Shown here: piece by piece, positions 34,443-44,653 of the stretch
Layout: every line of letters starts with the position of its first letter
How positions within the stretch are numbered: position 1 is the stretch's first letter
DNA from: an uncultured Phycisphaeraceae bacterium
GTDB lineage: Bacteria > Planctomycetota > Phycisphaerae > UBA1845
Reading direction: 5' to 3'
Length of the DNA stretch: 64,000 bases
Assembly: GCA_964586145.1 (NCBI GenBank)
Contig: CAZPHH010000006.1
Location: forward strand, 15,337 to 79,336
Program-made: the position numbers and the translations under genes
Notes under the pieces: model-generated
Databases searched by the model: none
The model's input: the letters and a program-made list of their open reading frames with translations, nothing else
Told to the model about the DNA's origin: nothing

Positions 34443-35249
34443 GTGACGCAAGCAATCGCCCACGAGCGATGCCGAAGCGGCGAGTCTGCCGCGCCACCTC
34501 CCCACGCGGATGATGCCGATCACCTGCGCGCCATGCGAGACGAGATGCGCCAGCTCCACCGGCTGACCGTTCTGGGCACCGCGGCCGCCACGATCGCACA
34601 CGAGTTCAACAACCTCATGACGCCCGTGGTGGGCTACGCCAAGTATGCCGCCGACTCGGGCGACATGGAGCTGATGAAGAAGGCGCTGCTGATGACCCTG
34701 AAGCAGACGGCCATCGCCTGCGCCATGAGCGACCGCGTCCTGGGCCTGGCCAGCAACGAAGTCCGCCCCGGCCGTCGGGTGGACGTGCGGGAGCTAATCG
34801 ATGACGCCATCGCCTGCCTCTGCCGGGATCTCTCCAAGGACGGCATTGCGCTGAAGGTCGACGTGCAGGACGGGTTGTTTGTGGAGGCCGTCGCGGAGCA
34901 GTTGCAGCAGGTGCTGTTCAACCTGCTGATCAACGCCCGGGAAGCGCTTCAGGGCACGGCCGGCCGGATCGTCGTTTCGGCGGAACAAACGTCGGACAAC
35001 CACGTGTCGATCGCCGTGCGAGACACGGGCAAGGGCATTGCGCCGGAGCTGCAGCAGCGCATCTTCGAGCCGTTCTTCACCTCGAAAGACTCGAACGGAA
35101 ACGGGCGGCGCTGCGGCGTGGGCCTGGGATTGGCCGTCTGCCGGGACATCGTGCAGGAGAATCACGGTCGCATCCGGGTCGAGAGCGAAGTCGGCGTGGG
35201 GACCACATTCACGATCTCGCTGCCCGCGGCCCCTGCGGCGCACGCATAG
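34443..35249 (+). CDS. Cytoplasmic sensor histidine kinase (HisKA-like + HATPase_c), no obvious sensor domain
   Basis: The H-box is IAHEFNNLMTPVVGY, the N-box is LFNLLINAREAL, the G1 box is VRDTGKGI, the F box is FEPFFTSK and the G2 box is GVGLGLAV. The start is uncertain, either GTG 34443 or ATG 34533. The track start at 33834 runs through REP repeats and is rejected. Confidence 0.75.
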   Translation: MTQAIAHERCRSGESAAPPPHADDADHLRAMRDEMRQLHRLTVLGTAAATIAHEFNNLMTPVVGYAKYAADSGDMELMKKALLMTLKQTAIACAMSDRVLGLASNEVRPGRRVDVRELIDDAIACLCRDLSKDGIALKVDVQDGLFVEAVAEQLQQVLFNLLINAREALQGTAGRIVVSAEQTSDNHVSIAVRDTGKGIAPELQQRIFEPFFTSKDSNGNGRRCGVGLGLAVCRDIVQENHGRIRVESEVGVGTTFTISLPAAPAAHA

Positions 35250-35379
35250 CCTGCCGTCTCATCTTCGCCATTCTGAAGGATGTCTCACACATTGCCGCCG
35301 GCGCGGCGCAAAGACCCCTCCCCACGGACGGAGCACGCACGGGGTTTCGATGCCGTCAAGACCGGGCCGGCGACAACCC

Positions 35380-36342
35380 CTACGGCGCCGCGCAGGGATT
35401 GTGCATCTCGTCCACGTCTTCCTCTTCCTCCAGGGGAACCGCCGGGGTCGGCGTTGTGTACTGCACTTCGCGGTTGTCCGGGACCATGCTGTAGGGGACG
35501 CCGATGTTGACGCCGTATTCCGGCTTCACCCATTCGTCAAAGCTCGTGACCCAGTCGACCTCGTCGCTGTCCAGCAGGTCCTCGTACGGTTCCCACCAGT
35601 CCTTCTTCATTCCGCCCAGATAGGCGTGGGACACGACCATCACACGCTTCGGGTGCTTGTCGAATGTCTCCGCCAGAATCTGCCCAAACTCGGGCCCCGT
35701 GGCCCCGCGTGCCCACAGCGAGTAATCACACAGGCTGCCGCGGCCCATGTCCTCGAACGTCACGTTGCTGACCGAGATGATCTTGCAGTTGTACTCGTCC
35801 GGCTCGTAGATCAGGGCTTCGACGTCACCGATCCCTCGGGCCAGGACGTACTCCACGCCGAGCGCATCCGCCGCCTTCAGCGTGTTCTCGTCATACGCGA
35901 AGTAGCCGCTGCTGAACACACGCATCGGGCGACCCGTTACGCTCTCGATCAAGGTCTTCGCTTCCTGCATGCTTTGGAGCTGCTCCTCGTACGGGATGTC
36001 CCACAGCGGACCGCCGGTGTGCAGGCCCATGATCTCGTGCCCGTGGTCCGCCAGCCAGCGGACATCGTCGGGATAGTCCTCCAAAATCGACATCCGGACG
36101 TTGACGAGCGCCTTCAGCCCTCTCTGTTCCAGCTCATAGGCCCAGTTTCGCAGGCCCTGGATGTCCTCATGAAACTCGATGAGCTGCATGAACGCCTGGG
36201 GTTTCTGCAGGACGGGAGACGGCGTTTCCGTCTGCCCGTTGGTCGGCTCACCCGTCGGCGGGGTGGTCGCGTTGCAGCCCCAAAGCACCGCGCCGGCAAG
36301 GATCGCCGGCACAAACGCCTGATACAACTTCTTCTGCGTCAT
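35380..36342 (-). CDS. Polysaccharide deacetylase-like (CE4-like) lipoprotein
   Basis: MTQKKLYQAFVPAILAGAVLWGCN provides a lipobox. DHGHEIMGLHTGG and SGYFAYDENTLKAADALGVEYVLARG resemble deacetylase-fold proteins. The family call is tentative. Confidence 0.45.
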   Translation of the reverse strand: MTQKKLYQAFVPAILAGAVLWGCNATTPPTGEPTNGQTETPSPVLQKPQAFMQLIEFHEDIQGLRNWAYELEQRGLKALVNVRMSILEDYPDDVRWLADHGHEIMGLHTGGPLWDIPYEEQLQSMQEAKTLIESVTGRPMRVFSSGYFAYDENTLKAADALGVEYVLARGIGDVEALIYEPDEYNCKIISVSNVTFEDMGRGSLCDYSLWARGATGPEFGQILAETFDKHPKRVMVVSHAYLGGMKKDWWEPYEDLLDSDEVDWVTSFDEWVKPEYGVNIGVPYSMVPDNREVQYTTPTPAVPLEEEEDVDEMHNPCAAP

Positions 36343-36358
36343 GGTTGAATCTCCTTCA

Positions 36359-36898
36359 CTACGGCATCTCCTCATCTTCGGGCCCAACCAGTGCGTCCAG
36401 CGCTGCCTTCACCTCGTCGTTGAACCCGGAAAAGGCCCGGTCTTTGAAGAAGATGATGGGCAGGTACCCGAAGGTCGTGGAAACCCCCTCGCTGCCGGGG
36501 TACTCGTCCTCCAGTCGGTGCAACAGGTCTATCTCGCCCGATTCGGTCGTCAGGTGTTCCTCCACGATGAGGGCGGCATGATCCGCCTGCGCTTCCTCCA
36601 GCCACTCCAGGGCCGCCAGACACATCGGGCCGGCGTTGTTGTGAAAGATCAGCAGCGTGTCGGATGAGGTGTCCTGCACGCAGGTATCGTCCACGCAGGC
36701 GAGCCCGTCCGCGCAGGTCCCATCGGCCAGGCAGCCCCCCCCTAATTCTCCGGCCGGAACACCCGTCGGATCCTGCCCGCCGCTTCCGCCATTGCTGAGT
36801 TGGCAGATGACGCAGTCGGCCGGATCGAGCGAGCAGCCGACCCACAGGCCAAAGGCCGCAATTGTGAGCATCCCCGTCAGGCACAGACGCCGAAACAT
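36359..36898 (-). CDS. Cys-rich hypothetical lipoprotein
   Basis: MFRRLCLTGMLTIAAFGLWVGCS provides a lipobox. A Cys-rich stretch follows (CVICQ...CLADGTCADGLACVDDTCV). The C-terminal domain may be thioredoxin-fold-like (LLIFHNNAGPMCLAALEWL). Confidence 0.4.
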   Translation of the reverse strand: MFRRLCLTGMLTIAAFGLWVGCSLDPADCVICQLSNGGSGGQDPTGVPAGELGGGCLADGTCADGLACVDDTCVQDTSSDTLLIFHNNAGPMCLAALEWLEEAQADHAALIVEEHLTTESGEIDLLHRLEDEYPGSEGVSTTFGYLPIIFFKDRAFSGFNDEVKAALDALVGPEDEEMP

Positions 36899-37019
36899 CA
36901 ACTCCGCCCTTTCTTCAGGAACAACCCCAGCCGCCCTCAAGGCGACCAGAACCTCGGACGCCGAGCGTCTCTCCCTATACCACTGCCTTGGTGTGCAGGC
37001 AACGCCGAACCCGTCCGGC

Positions 37020-37955
37020 TCACCAATGCCCCCCGCTGGGCCCGCCGCGAACGGCCATGGCCAGGCTGTACACCTTGTGCTTGCACGTCAGGTACAGCGT
37101 CCGGCCGTCCGGCCCGCCGAACGTCAGGTTCGAGCAGAACTCCGGCACCGGAATGAACTCCAGCATCGTTCCGTCCGGCCGCACCACCCACACGCCGCCC
37201 CGGCCGGTGAAATACAGCCGACCGTGCTCGTCGATCGTCATGCCGTCCGGATCGGCCTGGTCGGGCACGTCCGGGTTGAAGAAGACGCGACCGGCGCCGA
37301 GGGAACCGTCCTCGCCGATGGGATACGCCCGCCAATGCTTCTCGTGGCTGTCCGCCACGTACAGCGATCGGCCGTCGTTCGAGACCACCAGGCCGTTGGG
37401 CAGCGTCATGTCCGAGATTACTTTGCCCACCCGACCATCCGGGGCCAGGTGATACACGCCGCTCTTCGTGCGGGTCTTGAAGTCCGGGTCGCTGAAGTAG
37501 ATGTGGCCGGTGGGGGACTGGCAGACGTCATTCGGCTGGTTCCAGGCGGGATCGGCGGCCAGCGTGACCACTTCCGCCGGTCGAATCCCTCCGGGCGGCA
37601 GCGCCAGTACACGGTGGCCGTACGTTTGCGCGGCCAGCAGTCGCCCATCCTGCGCCAGGAATGTGCCGTTGACACCCTCGGTCCGGTCCATCCAGACGGT
37701 CACGTGCCCGGTGTGCTCCAGCCGGAGCAACTGCTGGCCATGCTCGCCAAACGCGGTGAAGTAGAGCTTTACCTCCGTGGGGCTCCAGGTCGGCCCTTCG
37801 AAGAAGCGGTTGTCGGCGTATTCCTGAACCAGGGTCGCCCCCGGTGCGAGGGTGGTGTGAAGCTCAATGGGTGGCACGTTTGGCCTCCGGCATGCCCCCA
37901 GCAGCGTTAGAACCACTGCGGCGGGAATGATGGCGACGGTCACTCGGGTTTGCAT
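37020..37955 (-). CDS. SMP-30/gluconolactonase/LRE-like beta-propeller lipoprotein
   Basis: MQTRVTVAIIPAAVVLTLLGAC provides a lipobox. Diagnostic motifs are PNDVCQSPTGHIYFSDP, LPNGLVVSNDGRSLYVADS, PDGMTIDEHGRLYF and NLTFGGPDGRTLYLT. The track start at 38231 is too long. Confidence 0.75.
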   Translation of the reverse strand: MQTRVTVAIIPAAVVLTLLGACRRPNVPPIELHTTLAPGATLVQEYADNRFFEGPTWSPTEVKLYFTAFGEHGQQLLRLEHTGHVTVWMDRTEGVNGTFLAQDGRLLAAQTYGHRVLALPPGGIRPAEVVTLAADPAWNQPNDVCQSPTGHIYFSDPDFKTRTKSGVYHLAPDGRVGKVISDMTLPNGLVVSNDGRSLYVADSHEKHWRAYPIGEDGSLGAGRVFFNPDVPDQADPDGMTIDEHGRLYFTGRGGVWVVRPDGTMLEFIPVPEFCSNLTFGGPDGRTLYLTCKHKVYSLAMAVRGGPSGGHW

Positions 37956-38134
37956 GACGTTGCGGATACCGAGTACGAATCGGTTCGTCAAGCGTTCGTC
38001 CGCCAGGTTGCCGGTCCGCGCGCGATGAAAATACCGGACGAGGCCGACCGAATACCGTGGCAGACGAGGTCTCCGTCCCTTCCGGAGGGTGACGTAGCTG
38101 CAATCCGAAACAGCGCGAATAAGAGGATTCACAC

Positions 38135-39031
38135 ATGAGGCGAACAGCGGTACCGGTCCTGATTCTACTGGTGATAGGCGTGGGCGGATGCGTTGTCTCT
38201 GCCGGCGGGGCCGCGCAGGCACGTCGGCCATTCGATCGCACCGCGCCCTGGGGAGACTACGAGCGAATTGACGTTCGATCTCGAAACGGCGCGGTCGATC
38301 TGAAGGTCGGGTCGGGAACGGACGTCACGGTGTCCGGCGAGTTGTACGCTTCGGCGGCCACTCACGACCAGGCGTCACGGCTTCTGGAAGAACTGGACGT
38401 TACCGTGGGGCCGGCCGACGGCGAACCCCGAACGCTCGTCATTGCATTCGATCCCCCGGACTGGGGGCCGCCATACTCGGCCGGGGCGACCATACGAGTC
38501 GTTGTCCCACAGCCGTGCCCCGCCGTGGTGCGGACCCGCAACGGCCAGGTGCGAGCCGTGGGACTGGTCGGCCCGGCGCGGCTGGAGACGAGAAACGGGG
38601 CGGTCGTGGCCGAGGACATTAACGGTGACCTTCACGCCGAGACCGCCAACGGCGCCATCAATGCTCGAACCATCACCGGTGGCTGCGAGCTGCAGACGTC
38701 CAACGGAGACATTCGCGCTCACGACGTCCGGGGCCAGGTGCTCGCGGAAACGTCAAATGGTCGGATCGACGCGAAAATCAGCCCACCGCCCGACGGCCGG
38801 GTAATTCTGCGATCCAGCAACGGCCCCATCGATGCCACCCTGCCCGGTGCAATGACGGCCGAACTGCGTCTGCGCACGAGCAACGGCCGGGCCCAGGCCC
38901 ACTTCGGCCAGACTCCCGTCGAGATTCGGCGACAGAGCCGGACGCAGGTCGAGGCGATTACGAACGGCGGCGGTCCCGGCCGGGTGGAGGCGACGACCTC
39001 CAACGGGGCCGTCACGGTTCGTCTGGATTGA
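38135..39031 (+). CDS. DUF4097-type beta-strand-repeat protein (putative adhesin family)
   Basis: The N-terminus is signal/lipoprotein-like (VLILLVIGVGGCV). Repeated xxNGxIxxxxxxGxxxxxTSNG units are present, including TRNGAVVAEDINGDLHAETANGAINARTITGGCELQTSNGDIRAHDVRGQVLAETSNGRIDA. Confidence 0.65.
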   Translation: MRRTAVPVLILLVIGVGGCVVSAGGAAQARRPFDRTAPWGDYERIDVRSRNGAVDLKVGSGTDVTVSGELYASAATHDQASRLLEELDVTVGPADGEPRTLVIAFDPPDWGPPYSAGATIRVVVPQPCPAVVRTRNGQVRAVGLVGPARLETRNGAVVAEDINGDLHAETANGAINARTITGGCELQTSNGDIRAHDVRGQVLAETSNGRIDAKISPPPDGRVILRSSNGPIDATLPGAMTAELRLRTSNGRAQAHFGQTPVEIRRQSRTQVEAITNGGGPGRVEATTSNGAVTVRLD

Positions 39032-39083
39032 GGACCTCAAGACGACCGGTGCAGGACGCACCGGGGCCACCCTTCGGTGGCAG

Positions 39084-39707
39084 TCAGCCGCGGAAGGTCT
39101 CGCATTCCCCCTCCCCGGGGGCGGACCATACTTCGGCCGTCTTGGGCGAGTGCAGAAGCTCCAGGAAAAAGTGCAGAAGGCGGGCGGTCACCCCCCAAAT
39201 CCGCACGCCCGCCGCCTGGTACTCCAGCCGCCGGGCGATGTCTCTCACGGATTGCCCGACGAAACCCTCCGCGGCGTGAATGCCCACTAGGGTCTGAAGC
39301 GGGATCGGCAGAGTTCGGGCGACTTCCCGAGGGTCGAATGCCGGCGTCCGGCCTCCGGTCCAGCGGACGACGATCACGCCCAGGTCGGCGTCAGACGTGG
39401 CGGTCTGGAAGTGTCCCAGGTACCCCAGAACATCCAATTCCTGCGGGTGGATACCCACCTCTTCGTGCAGTTCCCGCAGGGCGGCGTCGGTGATGCTGCG
39501 ATCCTCCGGCGTTATGTGGCCGCCCGGCAGGGCGATCTGATTCCGCCAGTGGTACCCGGCCGTGTCTGCCTTCTGGATGAACAGGATGTGTGTCTCCCCC
39601 CGATCGAACAGGGGCAGGCACACCGCGCACGGATGCCGAGCGTCCCGCGCCGGGGGGTGGGGGGCGGCGGCCAGTGCGGACCGGAGGTTTTCGTAATTCA
39701 ATGTCAA
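39084..39707 (-). CDS. NUDIX hydrolase (CoA pyrophosphatase-like)
   Basis: The Nudix box is LPGGHITPEDRSITDAALRELHEEVGI. Confidence 0.8.
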   Translation of the reverse strand: MTLNYENLRSALAAAPHPPARDARHPCAVCLPLFDRGETHILFIQKADTAGYHWRNQIALPGGHITPEDRSITDAALRELHEEVGIHPQELDVLGYLGHFQTATSDADLGVIVVRWTGGRTPAFDPREVARTLPIPLQTLVGIHAAEGFVGQSVRDIARRLEYQAAGVRIWGVTARLLHFFLELLHSPKTAEVWSAPGEGECETFRG

Positions 39708-39924
39708 AAAAGGAGTTCCGATCGGTTTTTCCGGGAAGGCCGATGAGGCGGCCCGTCCGGCCTGCAGTTCATTGTACTCCCTGGAATGGTAGATCGGGCA
39801 TCAGTTTCCCGGGCTGAAGGAGATCGGAGCCGGTTGCGTGCGACCGGCTGCAGGGATACAATCCGTGTGAAATCCTGCGATGCGGGAGACTGTCCCGGGG
39901 CTGGAACACTCGGAGTAACATCCC

Positions 39925-40308
39925 GTGGCTGAAGAGTTTGACGGTAAGCGTATTCTGATTGTGGACGACGACGCGGACATTCTGGAGTCCCTCAAGGCAT
40001 TGTTCGCCGAGACGGGTGCGGAGATCCACACGGCGACGGACGGGAGTGCGGCCGTGGACATGGCCGGCCAGAAGGACCCAGACTTGGTGGTTCTGGACGC
40101 CATGCTCCCCAAGATGAGCGGTTTCCTGGTGCTGGAGAAGCTGAAGAAGGGCGGCAGGCGAGGCACCCGGCCGTTCGTCATCATGATCACCGGCAACCAG
40201 GGCAAGCGTCACCAGGCGTTCGCGGAGAGCCGGGGCGTCGACGTGTATCTCAACAAGCCGTTTCGCATGGACCGGCTGATGGAATCCGCCACGAAGCTGC
40301 TGAGCTGA
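39925..40308 (+). CDS. Single-domain response regulator (CheY-like receiver)
   Basis: The gene has a GTG start. Diagnostic motifs are [29 protein letters not shown] (phospho-acceptor Asp), VIMITG and YLNKPF. Confidence 0.85.
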   Translation: MAEEFDGKRILIVDDDADILESLKALFAETGAEIHTATDGSAAVDMAGQKDPDLVVLDAMLPKMSGFLVLEKLKKGGRRGTRPFVIMITGNQGKRHQAFAESRGVDVYLNKPFRMDRLMESATKLLS

Positions 40309-40460
40309 CGGCACCCGCCGCGTCGGGTCCGTCCCGGATTTCGGGGCGAGCCACTTGCAAAAGACCGGCTCTCCCGGTACCGTTCGTGCAGAAGAGTGGA
40401 TGGAATGTTCGGAAAGAGAGTGCAGCCGCAGGGTTAGGCAAAAGGAAGAGTGGCTGGCGG

Positions 40461-40730
40461 ATGGTGACCACGTTGGAGTCGAAGACGGAAATCATCAAGG
40501 GTTTCGCGAAGCATGAGAAGGACACCGGCTCGCCGGAGGTCCAGGTTGCGCTGTTGACTTCGCGGATCACGGATTTGAGCGAGCATCTCAAGACGCACAA
40601 GAAGGATCATTCCTCCCGTCGCGGGTTGCTCAAGCTGGTCGGCAAGCGATCCAAGCTCCTCAAGTATCTCAGCGGCACCGATCGCCAGCGGTATCAGGAC
40701 GTCATCAGTCGGCTCGGTTTGCGGAAGTAG
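40461..40730 (+). CDS. rpsO: 30S ribosomal protein S15
   Basis: The 89-aa product from ATG 40461 includes [54 protein letters not shown]. The rpsO-pnp synteny is classical. Confidence 0.93.
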   Translation: MVTTLESKTEIIKGFAKHEKDTGSPEVQVALLTSRITDLSEHLKTHKKDHSSRRGLLKLVGKRSKLLKYLSGTDRQRYQDVISRLGLRK

Positions 40731-40934
40731 CCGGTTCTGTCGGGGTGTTCTGCCCCCATCGTTCACCGCCCCGTTGCCGCACAAGCCGTACATACCCCCC
40801 ATCGGGTGCGCAGCCATGCCCTGCCGGGTGCGGACCATCTTCTTGGGTATTCAGTCATTCTCACCGGCGATGCCGGTGGATATGGAGTTGTTGTCGCCCG
40901 CCGCGCAAACGGCGAGCACGTATTGGATAGCAGG

Positions 40935-43079
40935 ATGGAACAAGACAGGATTGCGATGGAACCGATTGTAGTGCAGCGACAGATCGGCTCGGGCGTGCTT
41001 CGCCTCGAGACCGGCAAGATGGCCAAGCAGGCCGCGGGCGCAGTGGTCGTGACGTATGGTGACACGGTGGTGCTTTCGGCGGTGGTCACGGGCCCCCCAC
41101 GCCCCGGCATCGACTTCTTCCCCCTGACCGTGGATTACCGCGAGAAGATCTACGCCGCGGGCAAGTTCCCCGGCGGGTTCTTCAAACGCGAGGGCCGGCC
41201 GACCAACAAAGAAGTTCTCACCATGCGAAACATCGACCGGCCCGTCCGGCCGCTGTTCCCCTCCGGCTTCAAGGACGAGGTGCTGATCCAGGCCATGGTG
41301 CTCTCGGCCGATCCGCAGGTGGATCCCGACGTGCTGGCGATCAACGCCTCCACGGCCGCGCTCAGCATTTCGCAGATTCCCTTTGACGGCCCGCTGGCGG
41401 CGGTGCGCGTGGGTCGAGTCGAAGGGGCGTTCGTGGTGAACCCAACGGCGGAGCAGCTCGAGCTCAGCGACCTGGACATGATCGTGGCCGGCCATCACGA
41501 AGCCGTGACCATGATCGAAGTCGGCGCGCGGGAGATCAAGGAATCCGACCTGGCCGACGCCATCGAGTTTGGGCACAAGCACGTTCAGGTCATCTGCGAG
41601 GCCATCGACGAGCTCGTGTCCAAGGCGGGCAAGGAGAAGGTCTGGACCCCGCCGGAACCGACGGACGAGCTGAAGGCCCGCCTCCGAGAGACGTACAAGG
41701 CCCGCATTCGCGAGGCCAAGAAGACCCAGGGCAAGCTGGAGCGGAACGATGCCGTCAAGGCCGTCGTGGACGAGGCCCTGGAAACGCTCTGCCCGGAGGA
41801 TGCCGAAGCGCCCGAGTTTGAGCGCAACGTCGTGCGTGATCTGCTCGACCAGATCGAGGCCGAGGTGGTCCAGGAAATGGTCGCGCGCGAGGGCATCCGG
41901 CCCGACGGGCGCGATATGAAGGAAGTCCGGCCCATCTTGTGCGAGGTGGCCGTGCTGCCGCGCACCCACGGCTCGGCCCTGTTCACCCGGGGCGAAACGC
42001 AGGCCCTGGTGGCCACCACCCTGGGCACCAGTCGCGATGAGCAGATCGTGGACGGGCTGCAGGAAGAGTACAGCAAGAAGTTCATGCTGCACTACAACTT
42101 CCCGCCCATTTCCGTGGGCGAGGTGAAGCGCGTGGGGGCGGTCAGTCGCCGCGAGATCGGGCACGGGGCATTGGCCGAACGCTCGCTGGAGGCCGTGCTG
42201 CCGTCGCCGGACAAGTTTCCGTACACGGTGCGGGTGGTGTCCGACATCATGGAGTCGAACGGTTCGAGCTCCATGGCATCGGTGTGCGGCGGGACGCTGG
42301 CCCTGATGGACGCGGGCGTGCCGATCAGCCAGCCGGTAGCCGGAATCTCCATCGGCCGGATGAGCTGCGGAGGCAAGGTCACGCTGATCGTGGACATTCT
42401 GGGTGAGGAAGACCACTTCGGCGACATGGACTTCAAGGTGGCCGGCACGCAGCGCGGCATCACCGGCGTGCAGTTGGACATCAAGATCCGCGGCCTGTCG
42501 CACCCGGAAATCCGCTCCACGCTGGAGCTGGCCCGGGAGGCCCGGCTGGGCATTCTGCGGACCATGCTCAAGGCCATCGACAAGCCGCGGCCGGACATCA
42601 GCGTCTACGCGCCGCGCATCATCACCATCAAGATCAACCCGGAGAAGATCGGCAAGGTCATCGGGCCGGCGGGCAAGGGCATCCGCGGCATCGAGGCGAC
42701 CACCGGGGCGAAGGTGGAGATCGAGGACGACGGCACGGTCAACATCTCGTCGCTGGGCGGCTACGGGCCGGCCGAGCAGGCCCGGGCCATGATCGAGGCC
42801 ATCGCCGAGGAGGTGAAGGTCGGCCGCATCTACACCGGCCGCGTGACCAGCGTGAAAGACTTCGGCGCGTTCGTCGAGGTGGTGCCCGGCCAGGACGGTC
42901 TGTGCCACATCAGCGAGCTGTCGGACGACTACGTGCAGAAGGTCGGCGACGTGTGCAAGGTGGGCGACATTCTGAAGGTCAAGGTGCTGCTGATCGACGA
43001 GCAGGGCCGGGTCAAACTGTCTCGCAAGGCCGCCCTCCGCGAGGAGAAGAAGGAGAGCAAGGAGAGCGTGGAGGCCTGA
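40935..43079 (+). CDS. pnp: Polyribonucleotide nucleotidyltransferase (PNPase)
   Basis: The sequence contains two RNase PH domains followed by KH (KIGKVIGPAGKGIRGIE) and S1 (GRIYTGRVTSVKDFGAFVEV) domains. The start is ATG 40935 or 40956. The track start at 40806 is too long. Confidence 0.93.
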   Translation: MEQDRIAMEPIVVQRQIGSGVLRLETGKMAKQAAGAVVVTYGDTVVLSAVVTGPPRPGIDFFPLTVDYREKIYAAGKFPGGFFKREGRPTNKEVLTMRNIDRPVRPLFPSGFKDEVLIQAMVLSADPQVDPDVLAINASTAALSISQIPFDGPLAAVRVGRVEGAFVVNPTAEQLELSDLDMIVAGHHEAVTMIEVGAREIKESDLADAIEFGHKHVQVICEAIDELVSKAGKEKVWTPPEPTDELKARLRETYKARIREAKKTQGKLERNDAVKAVVDEALETLCPEDAEAPEFERNVVRDLLDQIEAEVVQEMVAREGIRPDGRDMKEVRPILCEVAVLPRTHGSALFTRGETQALVATTLGTSRDEQIVDGLQEEYSKKFMLHYNFPPISVGEVKRVGAVSRREIGHGALAERSLEAVLPSPDKFPYTVRVVSDIMESNGSSSMASVCGGTLALMDAGVPISQPVAGISIGRMSCGGKVTLIVDILGEEDHFGDMDFKVAGTQRGITGVQLDIKIRGLSHPEIRSTLELAREARLGILRTMLKAIDKPRPDISVYAPRIITIKINPEKIGKVIGPAGKGIRGIEATTGAKVEIEDDGTVNISSLGGYGPAEQARAMIEAIAEEVKVGRIYTGRVTSVKDFGAFVEVVPGQDGLCHISELSDDYVQKVGDVCKVGDILKVKVLLIDEQGRVKLSRKAALREEKKESKESVEA

Positions 43080-43105
43080 GGCCCCGCGGGAATGGGTGAA
43101 TCACA

Positions 43106-43146
43106 AACGCCACGGGGCGGCGCAGGGGCCACTCCGTGGCGTTTTT
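43106..43146 (+). terminator. Rho-independent terminator after pnp
   Basis: The stem pairs AACGCCACGG (43106-43115) with CCGTGGCGTT (43134-43143), followed by a T-run to 43146. Confidence 0.65.
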
Positions 43147-43489
43147 AATTGCGAATCGCGGATTGCATATGGACGGCAGCCGACGTACCGTCGTGGGATG
43201 CACATGGGTCCGACGTATTCGCATGCACGATCGGCCGCGTCATCGTCATTCATAGGTGTGAAGGAAGGATGGACGCCCTTCCAACGGGATCAGGCCGTAG
43301 CGGAGGAACCGGCGCTTCGGTTACCATGCCCGACGACCGGGGTGCCGTCCGGCGGCGCCTTAGGACCGCGCGAGCCGAGAAACCTGGGGTGCGGAGCGGT
43401 AGATGCGGGCAGATAACCGGTCGATTGGGCATACATCCTCGTGACAGATGCTCATGCCCGCGGCAGCGGCGGCCCGGGAGACAGGAATC

Positions 43490-44653
43490 ATGCTGAAACT
43501 CGAAAGCCTGACTTTGAACGGCTACAGGTCCTTTGCCTCCGGAACGAATCCTCGCCCGCCGTCTGGAAACGGTATTCACGATGATGGAGGACGGATCGAG
43601 TTTGGTGATGTTACCGTCCTGCTGGGAGCGAATGGTGCGGGCAAAAGTAACGTCATCTCCTTCTTCCGGATGCTGGCGTTTCTTTCGACCGGGGCGTTGC
43701 AGGAGTACATCGGCCGGTGCGGCTACGCGGAATCAATCCTCCACTACGGAGCGTCGCGGACGCCGGTGTTGGAGGCGCGGCTTGAGTTCACGGATAGCGG
43801 CGTGCGAGACGTCTACTCAATGCGACTGGCCGGTGCCTCTCCCGACACTCTGATCTTCTTGGACGAGTCCATCGAATACGCAGCGACGGGTCACGGGAAT
43901 CCTCTGAGGAAATCCCTGGGCAGCGGGCACAAGGAAAGCCGGCTGGAGGAATGTGCGAACGAGGGCGACAATACGTGCAAGTTCGTCCTGAGCCTCCTCC
44001 GCGGTTGCAGGCCCTATCATCTGCACGACACCTCGGACGAGGCGAAGATCCGCAAGGCGGGATACATTGAGGATAACAGATACCTTCGCAGTGATGCAGG
44101 CAACCTCGCTGCTTTTCTCTATGCACTGCGCGACACCAGGCCGGACTACTACCGGCGAATCATCAGTACGATCCAGCAGGCATACCCTCAATTCGGGGAC
44201 TTTCGTCTGGAGCCGTCGGAGCGCAACTTTTCCTACATCCTTCTCAATTGGTTTGAAAGGCACCATCCGGATTACCTGATGGGACCACACCAGTTGCCCG
44301 ACGGGGCGCTTCGCTTCATCGCCCTGGCAACGGTCTTCCTGCAGCCGCCGGAGAAGCTGCCCCGCGTCATCGTGATTGACGAGCCGGAACTGGGCCTGCA
44401 TCCGCACGCGCTGTCGCTGCTCGCGGGCCTGATCGGGAGCGTCACAGAGCACTCGCAGATCATCCTCGCCACGCAATCAGTGCCGTTGGTGTCCCACTTT
44501 GACCTTTCCTGGATCCGGGTCGTGGAACATCGAGAGGGAGCGTCTCACGTTCTCCGATTCGACCGAGAAGCGTTTGCCGACTGGCTCGAAGAGTACTCCA
44601 CGGGCGAGCTGTGGGAGAAGAGCGTGATCGGGGGAGGTCCCCGGCATGAGTAA
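43490..44653 (+). CDS. ABC-type AAA ATPase (AAA_21/AAA_15-like; OLD/AriA-like ATPase component)
   Basis: MLKLESLTLNGYRSF starts the protein. The Walker A motif is LLGANGAGKSN, the signature-like motif is LPDGALRFIALATVF and the Walker B/D-loop is VIVIDEPELGLHP. It has an 8-nt overlap with the downstream DUF4276 gene. The region is visibly more AT-rich than its neighbours. Confidence 0.75.
   Translation: MLKLESLTLNGYRSFASGTNPRPPSGNGIHDDGGRIEFGDVTVLLGANGAGKSNVISFFRMLAFLSTGALQEYIGRCGYAESILHYGASRTPVLEARLEFTDSGVRDVYSMRLAGASPDTLIFLDESIEYAATGHGNPLRKSLGSGHKESRLEECANEGDNTCKFVLSLLRGCRPYHLHDTSDEAKIRKAGYIEDNRYLRSDAGNLAAFLYALRDTRPDYYRRIISTIQQAYPQFGDFRLEPSERNFSYILLNWFERHHPDYLMGPHQLPDGALRFIALATVFLQPPEKLPRVIVIDEPELGLHPHALSLLAGLIGSVTEHSQIILATQSVPLVSHFDLSWIRVVEHREGASHVLRFDREAFADWLEEYSTGELWEKSVIGGGPRHE

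Noticed and set aside
40851-42908. 685-aa minus-strand ORF opposite pnp; likewise 50496-52721 (+) opposite leuS, 55861-56841 (-) and 57366-59156 (-) opposite the EPS genes, and 59243-60835 (+) and 60699-62378 (+) opposite the peroxide cluster
   Set aside because: These are shadow ORFs antisense to confidently identified genes. Their composition is low-complexity Arg/His/Gly/Leu-rich and I recognised no motifs.
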